62,939 nucleotides of DNA, filler included, from Phoronis australis (GCA_002633005.1; 7 parts of 7 records of this genome joined end to end with filler, not necessarily neighbours in it), one strand, 5' to 3'. Shown: positions 1 through 12,964, numbered from the whole stretch's first letter. Numbers and translations are program-made. Notes: generated from the sequence alone by a model not told the origin.

Positions 1-250
1 CAACTGCCGTAGGCTACAATAAGAATCCCCTCCCCGTGAAATGATTTTTTCTAAGCGTTTATTAGAGCCAATACAGCATACAGCTTTCCACCAAGGCTAG
101 GTGATACTACGACATTACTCTTTGTTGCATTAGTAACTGGTCTTGGCTAATATTATCATTTTATGGCCTGGTCATCCATTCAGCCAAAAGTAGTTCCAGA
201 GGTGGCTTATCAGCCAATTATTCACGCATGCTGACTCACAATAGAAGCCT

Positions 251-794
251 GAAGCGTGTTCAATAGAGTGAGTGCCCGCGAGCGATTTGAGCGCCCTCGT
301 CCTGAACAGCTGTGTTCACGTTAGTGCTCGCGAGCACTCGCGAACAACCTCGAGAGCATGTTCGCTTAGATTTCCAAGATGGCGTCCTGCGAAGGCTTCA
401 CGTCTGCAACATATGAACCCATTATGGTTCTGCAACACGAAAACTAACCTCAAAAGTTGACCGACTCATCCGAAACTGCGACTTAAATTGCGGGTCGCTG
501 TAGCGAGGAATAGTTTCCTCGACGTAATTTTTGATTCTTGTCGGGCCAAAGCCTTCATGGTTGTTGTCTAGGGCTGCCGATATTAATAATTATTGGCAAA
601 GATTAATCATATTTATCGCTCAGTACGTCATAGGAAGGACTGTTAGTGTTAAGCTCATCGGCTAAGACGTTCAACACAATCTGCTTCAGAGTCGCCATAC
701 TGGATCGCACAGTGAGCGCTCACAGCTGTTCAGGAGCTGTTCCTTGTGTTCGCGAGTACACGCTAGCGGGCGCTCACTCTGTTGAACACGCTTC
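251..794. mobile_element. Non-autonomous TIR element (MITE)
   Basis: 34-bp terminal inverted repeats: gaagcgtgttcaatagagtgagtgcccgcgagcg versus the reverse complement of 761-794 (3 mismatches), plus further inverted subterminal blocks. No clear TSD and no coding capacity. Confidence 0.65.
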
Positions 795-1586
795 TGATAA
801 GAGTGAAGGTGGATAAATGCGGTGTTCCTACAGTTTCTTGTTTTAGTGGATGTGTTCAGGACATGGATGAAATGAAGCAATATGAGAGGATAGTTTGGCA
901 ATTAAGTTACTTTCAGAGGTTCTGGATTTTGAGAACCTGTTGGATGCCTGTTGATCAGTGGTGAAAACTGTTTCTCAGAATGTGGGACTCCTGTAAGTGA
1001 CTGTTATGCCATTTAGCTCTTTTTAGAATAGTGTTGTCATAGATGTATTATACTGCGTCTTTGTGGCGCTAGTTAGAAAAGTTACAAAAAGCTTCTACAG
1101 GTTGCATCATTCGTGCTACCCTGTTACAATCAGCTCACGCTTGAACTTTGGCATCCTAATTAGTTGTCACAAAATGATGTATATCAAAAATATTTTAAAG
1201 TGGAATTTTTGTGCGTATTTCTCATGTCAGTCACTATTTGTCCAAACCAAGTTAACAGTCAACATGCTGTGAGGATGCGACTACAAAGTGGCATTTAAAA
1301 TTGTTAAATGTTCTCAAGTTTTGCGGTTGAAATAAACCTTTGCCCATGACTTCAGTAACACCGTGACATACGTGCTTCTGTATAATGGTGGAATGAGGGC
1401 CTATAGACTGAGGTACTTTATTTGAACAAAGGTCATCCCTCTGAATACGACTGAAGGTTGATTAATACCGGATATGCTATCAGTAAAGTATCACTAATTC
1501 CAAATTCCTGTTTTACCTTATCATATTAATTAATAGCATGCAAATCTTCTTTGAACTACTTTATCCGCGACAGTCAGTTTCCTCAC

Positions 1587-1652
1587 CTTCGTAGACCAAT
1601 TCGCTGTCGCTACCACAGGTTTTTCTTCCCCATCTGATATACACAGCGCCAC
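1587..1652 (-). CDS. Internal exon of a short-chain collagen C4/spongin-like C-terminal domain protein
   Basis: 66-bp phase 1-1 exon bounded by ttctag| and |gtgagg. Translates (G)GAVYIRWGRKTCGSDSELVYE(G), matching the YxRWGRxxCxxxxxLVYxG motif of this invertebrate family. Confidence 0.75.
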
Positions 1653-3842
1653 CTAGAAGATAATTGTTGGAATTTTAGTCGGATTTGACGTTCGATCCTA
1701 GGAGCAATGAGATTCAAATAAGAGTCACCGTTAGATAATTTGGCCTCGTTCGAAAATAACCTCTCAAATTCTCAAATGTTCTTTGGGCAAGTACATAATT
1801 ATAATCCTAACAACGAGGCTATTCAGGAAACAGTTTAAACAGTAAGAAGTTTTTACTCGGGTGTCTGTTTTTAGTCCATTTTCAAATCATCTTTGCAGGT
1901 TTGATGTATATAAAAAGAGCAGTTTTTAACTATTTAGCAGATGTTTTGAAGAGATGTTGAATAAAGTAATCACCTACACCGCACATGTATACAAAATGTC
2001 CTTTGCGTCTTCTTGTATCATATGAAGCTCACACTTCCGCAAGAACGCAGAACTAACAGTGAATGCAAAATACAGTGAAATCTCACCAGTAATTTGGGAC
2101 AAAATTAATTGGAAAAATTGGCATTCTTCATTTTTCAGTGGATTCTAACATTGCTGTGTATGCCCAGTTGTTGAAAACTTTCTATGACATTACCTGTGGT
2201 ACAAAAATTGAATGTGAGAAAGCATTCAATTTTGTGCTATACATGGATGAATAATGAAACAAAACTCCACTTGATGGCCATATTGTGTCCTAGATTGTTG
2301 AGATTTTAATGCAGCATTTGCAAGTAATGAAATGTTACTCAATCAAAATCTCAAAAAAGCAAAAAGTTATTGATGGGTGTAACTGTATGAGCCTGATTCC
2401 ACTTTAGACATACGTTTTAAAACGTTTAAAAACGATGTTTACCTGAGGCATTACTCATGAAAGAACTATAGCAATGGTCAATAATGGTCAATGCCTTGGA
2501 AATTATAACTATGTTAAAAATTCTTCAGTTTGGAAAAATGAAGGTCAGAGCTTGCATCGGCCATTCGAAGTTCAAAAATTACAATCACTGACGAACAAAA
2601 TCATTCTCAGTCAATGCTACACACTGATGAAACACATGAAAACCTTTCATCTAAGGTAATCTTAAGCAATTTTGGTGACTGCCAAGTCTATCTTTGGTCT
2701 GTGATATTTGAGAATTATTAATTATGAATGCTATGAAATACCCGAAAGCCCAATATTCGAACGTATCTCACGAAATGATTTTCAAATAATTTTGTGATAA
2801 CAACAATTGTTGCAATATACTGACTAGGGCAAGAGCAGATTATTTGTTTTAATATAACTTGGCAAATAACTTAAAAATAGCTTGTCATCAAACCCTCTTT
2901 CGAGTTCTGAGCTCCACAACAGTGATATGATGAAAAGCTTAGATACCTCTTCGGCTGAAGTTCCCAAGACTCCGCTTAGCAATACTATGCTCAAGAGACC
3001 GTTTCGAGATACCCTGAAATGTAACCAATGTATTTATTTATTATTTATTATGGAGACAGTATTGTATTCGTTCACAGAATACAATACGAAAACAAATGAA
3101 TTTTGTATGCAATATCTCCCTAGTCTCGTGGGTGTATAAGTCACGTGAATACCAAGTAACACCCAAGCAGTCTAGTGCCCTAAGTAAAAACTTCGAAAGA
3201 GCTTCTAGATAATTTTGAAACAAGTCTAAGAAAGTAAGATTGCTTCTTGGAGGTTCAAAAATTCAAATACAAGATTGTTTAACATGTCAAAAATATAACT
3301 GGTGATGCCATATTTCAGAAATTGACTTATTTCTTATAAGCACAAGACGAAAACAAAAGGAGACTTGTTATTAATAAAAAAGCGTTTGTTAGAACACAAT
3401 AGTCACTTGTTGTGAGCCCAGTGTGTGCACGTGAATTTTCAATTCCAATAACAAAAGTAGGTAAAAAATCGTATCTGGTCAGTCTCCGACTCTTTGGTGC
3501 TGTGAAACGAAAGATTTTTTTTGATGACCATTTTGTCTTCTTTTCTAAAGCCCAACCCTCGGTCCACACAAGCGCAGTTGCATTCTGGAGTCGTTACTTG
3601 AAAAGTAGGCATTTTAAAATGACGTAAGCTGGTATCAGGTAACTTACAGTTTTATCAGATTTCAAAACGGAAGAGCAGAATCAAATATGTTGTTAGCCTA
3701 ATGTGGATCTCGTGCGAGATCGCTTTTTCAGTACAGCTGCTAACGGCACCAAATCAACAGTTATCGCCGTTTGCCATATATTATCTGAAATCGAGGCTAG
3801 AGACTTTACCGGTTAAAATACATTTAAAATACTTTGTCATTG

Positions 3843-3990
3843 GTCATGCTAGCATAGTGTGACATAAGGTTCCAGGTTCGATTCCGCCCTGAGACTGATC
3901 TTGAAAAATAAGTGTTCTCAACAGTATTGTCCCTTTAAATAAGCCACAGATTCTATTGTGAAATAGCACTCTACCTAATCAATTAAATTA
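3843..3990 (+). mobile_element. Possible degenerate tRNA-derived SINE
   Basis: Pol III B-box-like GGTTCGATTCC at about 3875-3885 with a weak A-box upstream; no cloverleaf. Confidence 0.3.
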
Positions 3991-4025
3991 AACTGTTCTT
4001 TTGGACTATTGTACTTACTGATAGA

Positions 4026-4170
4026 CAGTGCTGTAGTGGGGCATTGGTGCACGTAGGCGCATCCAACCACCTTTTGGCATTAGAAAGTAGCGCCTACGCA
4101 CCGTAAGTTACGTTCAGTGCTCAAAGTGATGCGATGGGCTTTGGGTGCCTACTTACCTCTATTTTTACTA
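4026..4170. mobile_element. hAT-like MITE with truncated right TIR (same family as 56992-57147)
   Basis: Starts CAGTGCTGTAGTGG, aligns along its length with 56992-57147, and is flanked by the 8-bp direct repeat CTGATAGA. Confidence 0.7.
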
Positions 4171-4497
4171 CTGATAGAATAAGAGCTCTCTGCAGCTTCT
4201 CACTCCCTTGACGAATTGTAGAATAGTTGGAATGGCAGGACCAGTGGAAGTTTCCAGATGTGCTCTCGGGAGATGTGACCTATTGACCTATTATATCACC
4301 ATATTTGCTGTCTACTGCTTGGAACTGCACCATAACAGGAGGTTTCAACTGTCCCGTTTAATTTATTTGATTATAATCTTTCCTAGATGGATAAAGATTT
4401 ACGTTAATTATTACATTAAAGCACTCGACTGGGTATTGCACTTGAGGATTGTTTTCTGTATGTGCAAAATTGTTTGCTAAATAAAGACAAAATTTTA

Positions 4498-4774
4498 CCT
4501 TTGGAAAGCTTGTCTCTGTCTTTATGTTTTGACTCTCAATCATGTCAATTTTCCTCATCGTATAGCTATTCCAGGCAACTAGTATCAGCAGTGAAATGCA
4601 CATAAATGCGTTGAACCACATGATTCTAAACCATTTCACAATTGTTGGCCACTGCATCTTGTTGAGCCATTGCATGTTGCTGAGCCTCTGCATCTTGCTG
4701 AGCCTCTGAATCTTGCTGCCTTTGAAATGCGTTGGACTGTACGTATTCTGTTGTTTTCTTTTTATATAGCCCAT
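4498..4774 (-). CDS. Putative first coding exon of a type II membrane protein (possibly the gene containing the 1587-1652 exon)
   Basis: ATG-initiated ORF with a basic N-tail, 6-aa repeats (KMQRLS) from an 18-bp tandem repeat, a hydrophobic segment FNAFMCISLLILVAW, and a donor-like ccaaag|gtaaaa. The link to the downstream exon is not demonstrated. Confidence 0.35.
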
Positions 4775-5316
4775 GTTATCACTTGTAAACAGCTGCTTCC
4801 GAAATTTTAATGTTAACGTTTCTACATGAAATAGCGATTAGGAAACGCCTGTAGTCAATACCGGCTGATAATGGCTGGTGCCTGATTTTTATAAAAATCA
4901 TTTATGTTTGTTTCTGCTTAATGGTGGTCAATTGGGAATTTGTTTGTGTCATATGTTTCAACAAAAGATTATTAACAGAAGCTATTATAAAACAAAAGTT
5001 TGATAAAATTTGTAAAAATATAAAGAGCTGACAGTAGCGCTAATTAGGTTTAAGCCGAAATTGCAAACAGCAAACTGGAATGACTTGTCATTAAGCATAA
5101 AGTGGTGGCCATCTTCTCAATGAAGAAGTCAAGAATGAATTCCTTTCTTATCATGGTTTTATTGTTCTCTAAGGGTTCCACCCTAACTCATGAACTAAAT
5201 GATGGTTTTCAGAGATGGACTGAATGAGATTTCAATGTTCCACGCAATGCTGATCAACCAAAACGGTATTTTCAAGCATACTGGTACTTGTTTTAGAATT
5301 GAACCCTGACTGTGGT

Positions 5317-6106
5317 GGGATTGTTCTAAAACCCCCTCGACCCCCNNACCCCCTCGACCCCTTCAACCCACAACCCCCTCGACCTAGTCTACACAAAACC
5401 AACTACTGAATGTAGAACAAGCGCTCACAGACTTGCAGTTCCAATGAGTTTGGCCATGAGCTCGGCTGGCTTTTCCCTGTTTTTTGCAATTAGGAGAGTC
5501 CATTTGGCAAGTTTGATAGCCAAAAACAGAAAAAAACAACGCGACCAAATCAAATCAAAGACCTACCATCTTTACAAATGTCGTTCCCGGCAGAGTGTAA
5601 TTGTCTTGCCTGTTCTTCAGTGAATGACAGATTCAACGTTTTGTGGAGAGTGTTAGTAAAATAATACAGTTTGAAAGAACAAATTGTTACCTAACAATAT
5701 TTCAACGTTATGGATAATATTGTAAACGAGTATAAAACAGAAAGCAAAAAATGAAATTATGTGCTATATTCACGTTAACGGACTCTCACCCTAAGTTTAG
5801 TAGAAATGGGTCATTGGTAGCCTCTTGTGGAACTGTTTCTGTCACAACAATAACACGCTCACAATGTGCTATTTCGTATCATGTTCTCACACCACTTTCT
5901 ATTTTTAATCACCAGACTTAAGCCAGAGCAGTCTCGCGTGTAGGTATGTCTTATGGGAAAGTCACTCAGCGACGTAATAAGATTGTGGAATACGTAAAAA
6001 GCGCACAAATACCCCTATTGCCACAGGTTATGGTTCGATGGGGTCGTGGGTCGAGGGGGTTGTGGGTCAAGGAGTGTAGGGGTCGAGGGGGTTTCAGAAC
6101 AATTCG
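5317..6106. mobile_element. Non-autonomous DNA transposon with ~60-bp TIRs
   Basis: attgttctaaaaccccctcgacccc...acccacaaccccctcgacc at the left end is mirrored at about 6049-6103. Flanking direct repeat CTGTGGT (5310-5316 and 6107-6113). Confidence 0.7.
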
Positions 6107-7001
6107 CTGTGGTGTGATACAGTAATTGCTCAAGTATTTAACACAAAGTATGGCCAATGTGTGCAATTTAATATCAAATTTCACCACAAAAATAAAGAAT
6201 AAAACAACTGTTAGTTCATCACTAGCATTAGTTGTACTTCGTGGACGTCACAAGACAATTGGTTGTACTGCGTGGACGTCACAAGACAATTCTTGATATC
6301 GTTGATTTACAGCAAGGCAACCGGTGTCTTGGAAAAAATGTACAAATGTCAGTGAAGGTGTACCCTAATCACAGAATTACAGAGCACAATCATTTAGTTA
6401 AAACCAGGANNNNNNNNNNNNNNNNNNNNNNNNNNNNNNNNNNNNNNNNNNNNNNNNNNNNNNNNNNNNNNNNNNNNNNNNNNNNNNNNNNNNNNNNNNN
6501 NNNNNNNNNNNNNNNNNNNNNNNNNNNNNNNNNNNNNNNNNNNNNNNNNNNNNNNNNNNNNNNNNNNNNNNNNNNNNNNNNNNNNNNNNNNNNNNNNNNN
6601 NNNNNNNNNNNNNNNNNNNNNNNNNNNNNNNNNNNNNNNNNNNNNNNNNNNNNNNNNNNNNNNNNNNNNNNNNNNNNNNNNNNNNNNNNNNNNNNNNNNN
6701 NNNNNNNNNNNNNNNNNNNNNNNNNNNNNNNNNNNNNNNNNNNNNNNNNNNNNNNNNNNNNNNNNNNNNNNNNNNNNNNNNNNNNNNNNNNNNNNNNNNN
6801 NNNNNNNNNNNNNNNNNNNNNNNNNNNNNNNNNNNNNNNNNNNNNNNNNNNNNNNNNNNNNNNNNNNNNNNNNNNNNNNNNNNNNNNNNNNNNNNNNNNN
6901 NNNNNNNNNNNNNNNNNNNNNNNNNNNNNNNNNNNNNNNNNNNNNNNNNNNNNNNNNNNNNNNNNNNNNNNNNNNNNNNNNNNNNNNNNNNNNNNNNNNN
7001 N

Positions 7002-7062
7002 GACGAAGCAACTTGTTGAAGAGACGTACACAGTTGCTAATGGTTACGCCCACGATGCTAAA
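7002..7062 (+). CDS. POLD1: DNA polymerase delta catalytic subunit, exon (5' part lost in gap)
   Basis: TKQLVEETYTVANGYAHDAK followed by donor |gtatgt. This segment immediately precedes the YGDTDS motif in POLD1. Confidence 0.9.
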
Positions 7063-7653
7063 GTATGTATAATTTACAGTAGCTTTAGCTCCTCCAGTGT
7101 TGCAGATGATGTCTACTGTTCATCCTGTTTCTGCAACTAGTCCATATAGTGTTTCACAATTTTGTGGATGGTTGTAAATCATTGGTGTCCTTGACACGCA
7201 ATTGATCTTTTGAAGTTGATGGTGAACACTCGTTAAAAAGTTTATGGTCCTGGCTGAGATAATTGTTTTATTACCCCTATGTCTGGCTGAGATAATTGTT
7301 TTATTACCCCTATGTGTTTTGAATAGCCAGGCTCCAATATACTATTTTTTGCTGGTCTTAAGTGGCTGCATACACAATTTGCATCGATTTACTTTTTATC
7401 AAAATTTTAAAAGTTCCAAAAATTTCTCACAATTTACAACTGATATTTTTCCTCAGTTTTGGCTTAACTGTGGTGCAATGTGGTTCAATATCATTTCTTC
7501 AATTTTTTATTTTTTTCTGTGTGTACAAAATTGTACCTCTGTTATGTGTCTGCAGCACAAGTGATTTCCATTTGAACCATCAGTTTATCTTATTATTACT
7601 ACTGATTTGATTCTTGTTATTTAGTAAATGCTAATATCCTTCTACATCATCAG

Positions 7654-8054
7654 GGCCCGGTCTCTAATCTTTGTACTCGAAACGAACTCGAAACTATTTT
7701 TTGCAATTTCTCTGCTCCTTTTGTGCGAACTTAAGATAATTGGTTGTCAGACTGTGCTCGAATACATTGTAGTTTATGCATAGGAGTTTCTAGTTCAAGC
7801 TTGCCCTTGAAGACCCTTATATTCGTCTTACAAACTCGAGTAAAAACTCGAAATTTCGAGTTCAAACTCGAACTTATTGCTTTAATATTGGGTTTACAAA
7901 CTGTGAACTAAGGGCAATAAATTATCTACGTAAGTTATTGTGTACTCGAGCATAGAATAATAGACACTTATCTTGAGTTCGCCCAAAAGTAGAGTAGAAA
8001 ATGCCAAACCTAATTTCGAGTTCCATTTCGAGTAAAAAGATTGGAGACCGGGCC
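7654..8054. mobile_element. PIF/Harbinger-type MITE in a POLD1 intron
   Basis: About 40-bp TIRs GGCCCGGTCTCYAATCTTTKTACTCGAAA with a 3-bp TSD CAG (7651-7653 and 8055-8057). A partial related copy starts near 12674. Confidence 0.75.
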
Positions 8055-8426
8055 CAGGATCTACTTGACCTGGTGCGCCCTCTTTTGGCGATAGATTTGA
8101 TTCTCAAAGAATACACTGAATAATGGCCATACTGAAAATCTGGCTCAAGTAGTGTGACAAAAGTAGTTTTGGTGTTTTGTTCTGAAGATAATCACTTATG
8201 TAGTTGTAATAATTAACCCATTGTGTCGCAGGAACCACTATGTTCGTCTATTTTCCGAAATGTACAAACAGGTTAAGCTAACACTAAGCCAATGGATCAA
8301 TGTTCAGAAATTTTCTGAAAATAAAATCCTGTGGTTTTTAATCGGAAATTCTCGCTATTACTATATCCCCATAGTGCGCTGACATCTCACTGAGCTGTTC
8401 GTATCCATTATTTGTGTCTTCACCAG

Positions 8427-8564
8427 GTTATCTACGGTGACACTGACTCGGTGATGTGTAAGTTTGGGGTCGACACGGTGTCAGAAGCCATGAAACTTGG
8501 TCAAGAGGCAGCAGACTACATCTCCGGCAAGTTTGTCAAGCCCATCAAGTTAGAATTTGAAAAG
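8427..8564 (+). CDS. POLD1: POLD1 exon with family-B polymerase motif C (YGDTDS)
   Basis: cag| ... |gtatca, 138 bp; [46 protein letters not shown]. Confidence 0.97.
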
Positions 8565-9464
8565 GTATCACTCACAAATGGCTATATCATAGTGGCAGAG
8601 GGATACGCAAAATTTTTCAGAATCAATTAATCGTAATTTTTTTTGTGATTCAAGGCTTGATTTTGAATAGGGTTTTGATAAGTAACGACAAAGCTGTTTG
8701 CTATGATTGACAATGAGACCAGGTCAGAGCATGGAGATTCTGTTTCTCCAGCTAACAGCAGATGATGTTGCCATACACTACCAGATGAAGATTTGCCTGC
8801 GACTGAGGTAGTTCCACCCTATTATATGGTGTTAAACATTTTGTGCAATGCTAGATTTGCTTACAACCAAGTTGGCATCACCACATTTACGTGACTTTTC
8901 AAATTTTTTTAACAATCAATTTTAGCGATTTGGAATTGGTTTTGATTCTATGTCGTTCAATATGCCCTCGAATTGTTTGCAACACTAATCAACATTTAGG
9001 TACCTTATAATTACATTGTCTACTGATACTAACCTCAACACCATTACCTCGTATGTAACGAGATAGATTGCTTGCCTTATTGTCACACCAACGTTCTTCT
9101 ATATATGTTCTCGAAAACGGGAAGAAAAAGGAATGGGAAGCCACTAAGAGTTGTATACGGTTAAACCTCTGTACCATAGCTACCTTCATTCATTATTTTG
9201 AAAAGTTGAGGGCATTCATGACAGTGTTAGAATGTCCATTTTGGTAATTATTGTTTGAAATTGGTGTGATTTTTTAATATGTTAATTATACTTAATGCAT
9301 TTTTGCCACTAGCAGTGGTGGCTAGAATTGCACTTTGATTTTGTTAGTTTTGATTGAATAATTACCTACTTAAGCCACCATGCAGAATAATAAAGTTCCA
9401 TTTCTTGTCACAAAATGTACTCTTTGGAACACTTCGCCCGGTCATATGCACCCTTTAATTTCAG

Positions 9465-9637
9465 TTGTACTTCCCCTATCTACTGATCAACAAGAAGCGT
9501 TATGCTGGACTCTACTTCACAAGGCCTGAAGTGCATGATAAGATGGACTGTAAAGGCATTGAGACGGTGCGCCGAGACAACAGCCCCCTGGTGGCCAACA
9601 CTATCAACATGTGCCTTCAGAAAATTCTCATTGAGAG
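9465..9637 (+). CDS. POLD1: POLD1 exon (KKRYAG motif)
   Basis: tcag| ... |gtactt; [57 protein letters not shown](R). Confidence 0.97.
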
Positions 9638-9985
9638 GTACTTAATGCTGTTGTTAGTTTTCGAGTGAAGTAGAATTGAATGATGTTAAAACAGTAACTG
9701 AAGTGCACTGCATCTAAAACAATGGACAAATGTTTTGAATCAATTGAAACTGAAGTTGGGAAGTCAAGGTGCTCGCAAACCTGAAAATAAATTTGATGAA
9801 GCAGAATTGGAATTTTACCTGCCTTTTTTGGGTTTCTCCTCCTCAGTTACATGGTGTACCTAATTTTCCATATTCTCCAACACTTTTGTTTATCATATAA
9901 TTGTGTGGTATAATTATTTTATATATCTTATTGCAGTTTATTGTTTTGTCATGTAAATTGTGATCAAAGCAAATGTTTTGTTCAG

Positions 9986-10138
9986 GAACCCCGACGGTGC
10001 AGTAGAATTTGCTAAGCAGATAATCTCCGACCTGCTCTGTAACCGTGTTGACATCTCCCAGCTGATAATCACCAAGGAGTTGACAAAGACTGGGGAAGAG
10101 TACGCAGCCAAACAAGCTCATGTGGAGCTAGCTAACAG
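9986..10138 (+). CDS. POLD1: POLD1 exon
   Basis: ttcag| ... |gtaaga, 153 bp, phase 2-2; [50 protein letters not shown](R). Confidence 0.96.
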
Positions 10139-10392
10139 GTAAGACTATGAGTCAAGCGAGCTCAGGTGGAGCTGGCTAACAGGTAAGACTACGAGTCAAG
10201 TGAGCTCAGTTGGAGCTGACTAACAGGTAAGGCTAGGGAATAATATGGAGTTGAGCAAGCTCACATGGAGCTAGCTGACTGGTAAGACCAGGAGTCCAGC
10301 GACTTCTAGTGGAGCTAGCTAACTGGTGATACTGGAAAAGAGTATCTATTTGAGCGCGGGCTCGTGTGGAGGTGGCTAACTAGTAAGACTAG
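10115..10392 (+). repeat. Degenerate ~44-bp tandem repeat derived from a POLD1 exon 3' end and its splice donor
   Basis: About 6 copies of gagctcaNNtggagctNgctaacaggtaagact, with AG|GTAAG recurring at 10139, 10183 and 10227. Confidence 0.85.
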
Positions 10393-10615
10393 TGATAGTA
10401 TTTGATAGAGCATCCCGAGGAGCCAACATGCCCTCTCATGTCAGTCAAAATTCCTGTGTGAACCACAAGTCTTTGTTCAGCAAATCACGTGCAATTTCAC
10501 GTCTGTACACATAAGGCTGCTGGTGTTAATTATGGTCACACGAGGCTTGGGTTGGTCTATGACTTTTGTTCTCAAATACCGTTTGTGTTTTGATCGCTCT
10601 TTTGTTCTTCCTTAG

Positions 10616-10718
10616 GATGAGAAAGCGTGACGCAGGTAATGCACCCAAGCTTGGTGACCGTGTACCTTATGTGATCATCGCTGCAGCGAAAGGTGCTGCT
10701 GCCTATGAGAAGTCTGAG
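10616..10718 (+). CDS. POLD1: POLD1 exon
   Basis: cttag| ... |gtgtgt, 103 bp; [34 protein letters not shown]. Confidence 0.96.
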
Positions 10719-12256
10719 GTGTGTAACAATTCATTTTGTCAACGTCCTTGAATGAGTATACTAGGGGCTCTACTAGGGACTCTGTTGCATGACAAATGAC
10801 TTAAGAACCAGACAGAAATTTGGTGTTATGCTCCCAGGTCACAGTTACTGAATAAAGATTCAGACATGTGTTGATCAGTGCATCACAACTTTGAAATAAT
10901 TTATGCAAATGTTTTCAGTAACTAGAAGTAGTGGGTACATTCTCAGAGACTTTGTGCTGTTGCTAAAATGAGATTTAATTATTTTCAAGTACAGTTGTGT
11001 GGAGCGTAATACCAAATTTCTGACTTAAGTCTTGCCACTTTTCATTAGAAACAGACCCCTGTTCCAACGCGCACTTTATAGGTTGAGCTGGAACAAGATT
11101 TTTTGTATAAGGTCCATTCTCCCTTGTAAATTCAGCTGCCTGTCCGCTCCTTAATTTTGATCCCACATAGAAATATGTCAAGTGTTACATGCATGGCTGG
11201 GCCCCTTGTTTATGAAAGTTCTAAACTAATTGATTTTATTGAAGTGCCTGGCACTCTCTACAGGGCTTTGTAAAATCCAGCATTTTCCCAAGTTATTGTT
11301 AGACTGCTTAGACATGATGAATAAGTCATTTAATTAACTGGCAGCCATCTGGACTGCCATTGGAAATAGTGAAGATTTTTTCATTAAAAAAGAGCAGGTG
11401 GCCTGATGTCATTTGGGGTGCGTCAGACATGAGCAGGCCTCATGGTGGGCCCATTGCACCATTTGGTGAAAGATTAGATCTGTTAGGGATGGTAGTTCGC
11501 TCTTTTCTTGGGTAAAACCATGGTGAACGTGACAGCATCACTTAAGAGCTCGAGATGATATATTCAGTGAACAAGTGTTATGATGTTGGGAACAACTTGA
11601 GACTCATGTGATTGGCCAACGAAGCCATTTACGTTAAAAATTCTTCAGTTAGGATACAATATCATGCATAAGCGGAATTTCATTTTGTATTTAATAGACT
11701 TTATTAATCGACAAAATGTGTTTGATGGGAAGAATGTTACCAAAAATGCATTCATGTGTTTTTAGAAAATGTCATGTTCACTTGGGCTCACATATTGCGC
11801 TCTCTGTTTGTCATTCAATCACAAATGAGTTCAATATGCCCATGCAGCCATAGCATGTTTTAACGTTTACTTGTTGTCTCATAATTTGACAGGCCCTCAT
11901 GCTCAGTGTTCGTTATTGGGTTTCAATGTTGTAAAGCTGAGCTACTTTGCGCTTACTTTTTATTATTCTCATACAATCTTTCTCATTCGGAGAGTCTATT
12001 CATTCTGAGATTCATTTCGAATCCTTCATTCCTTCTGAACATTACAGCATTATCTGAATAAGCTGGTTTCAATGATTTCATCTTCTGTATTGTTTCTTTT
12101 CATTATTACCTAGAATATTCAGTCATGTGAACTGGGCGTCTTATTCTGTTCTTTCAGGATCCTATTTATGTTCTGGAGAACAACATTTCCATTGACATTA
12201 AGTATCACCTAGAACATTCAGTCATGTGAACAGGACGTCTTATTCTGTTCTTTCAG

Positions 12257-12389
12257 GATCCTATTTATGTTCTGGAGAACAACATTCCCATTGACACTAA
12301 GTACTACCTGGAACAGCAACTGGCTAACCCTCTGATGAGAATATTTGAGCCAATCTTGGGTGAGAACAGGGCTGAATCTGTGCTGCTCC
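12257..12389 (+). CDS. POLD1: POLD1 exon (last one visible before the linker)
   Basis: tttcag| ... |gtgagt, 133 bp; [44 protein letters not shown]. Confidence 0.96.
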
Positions 12390-12775
12390 GTGAGTATAAG
12401 ATAATTGTCATTCTCTTTATAATAGTTGAGGCAATCCTGGGTGAAAACGGCTGATACAGTGCTTCTTTCTGCGTGTAGATCAATGTTATCTTTATCATTG
12501 GTAGCAAACCCTGTTGCTGTTTAGTACATGCTGGGACCGCTTGTTTTTAGTTAATTTTTTTTTCTGTGAAAAATGTTCACGTGGTCAATAAAGCTATGTG
12601 TAATGCTATGTAAGTAGTGTGGTGAAATCTCTGTGGGTGGTTTTATGAAATGAAATGCTGTGTTCCATGAACTGGGCCCCTGGTCTAATCTTTTTACTCA
12701 AAATCAAACACAAAAATATATTTTGAACTTACCGTTCTCCTTAATATAAGAAGATAATTATCTATAATTGTGTGG

Positions 12776-12964
12776 TTGAGTATATTACGAATTACGCACA
12801 CCACTGTGTTGTGCACTCAAAGGCCCCTAGGTTTGAGAATATTACGAATTACGCACACCACTGTGTTGTGCACTCAAAGGCCCCTAGGTTTGAGCTACAC
12901 ACCACTGTGTTGTGCACTCAAAGGCCCCTAGGTTTGAGCTACACACCACTGTGTTGTGCACTCA
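12776..12964. repeat. Minisatellite (44-57-bp unit) running into a gap
   Basis: At least 4 copies of cacaccactgtgttgtgcactcaaaggcccctaggtttgag. Confidence 0.85.

Noticed and set aside
3843-3900. tRNA gene
   Set aside because: Only a B-box-like motif; no acceptor or anticodon stems, so at most a SINE remnant.
6232-7140. Long ORFs in the track spanning N runs (also 25479-26024)
   Set aside because: Artefacts of translating gaps; only 7002-7062 is coding.
8427-8564. Family-B polymerase near an integrase and a protease, suggesting a Polinton/Maverick
   Set aside because: The polymerase is an intron-containing cellular POLD1 on a different assembly piece, the protease is Ulp1-type fused to the integrase, and no capsid or ATPase genes were seen.
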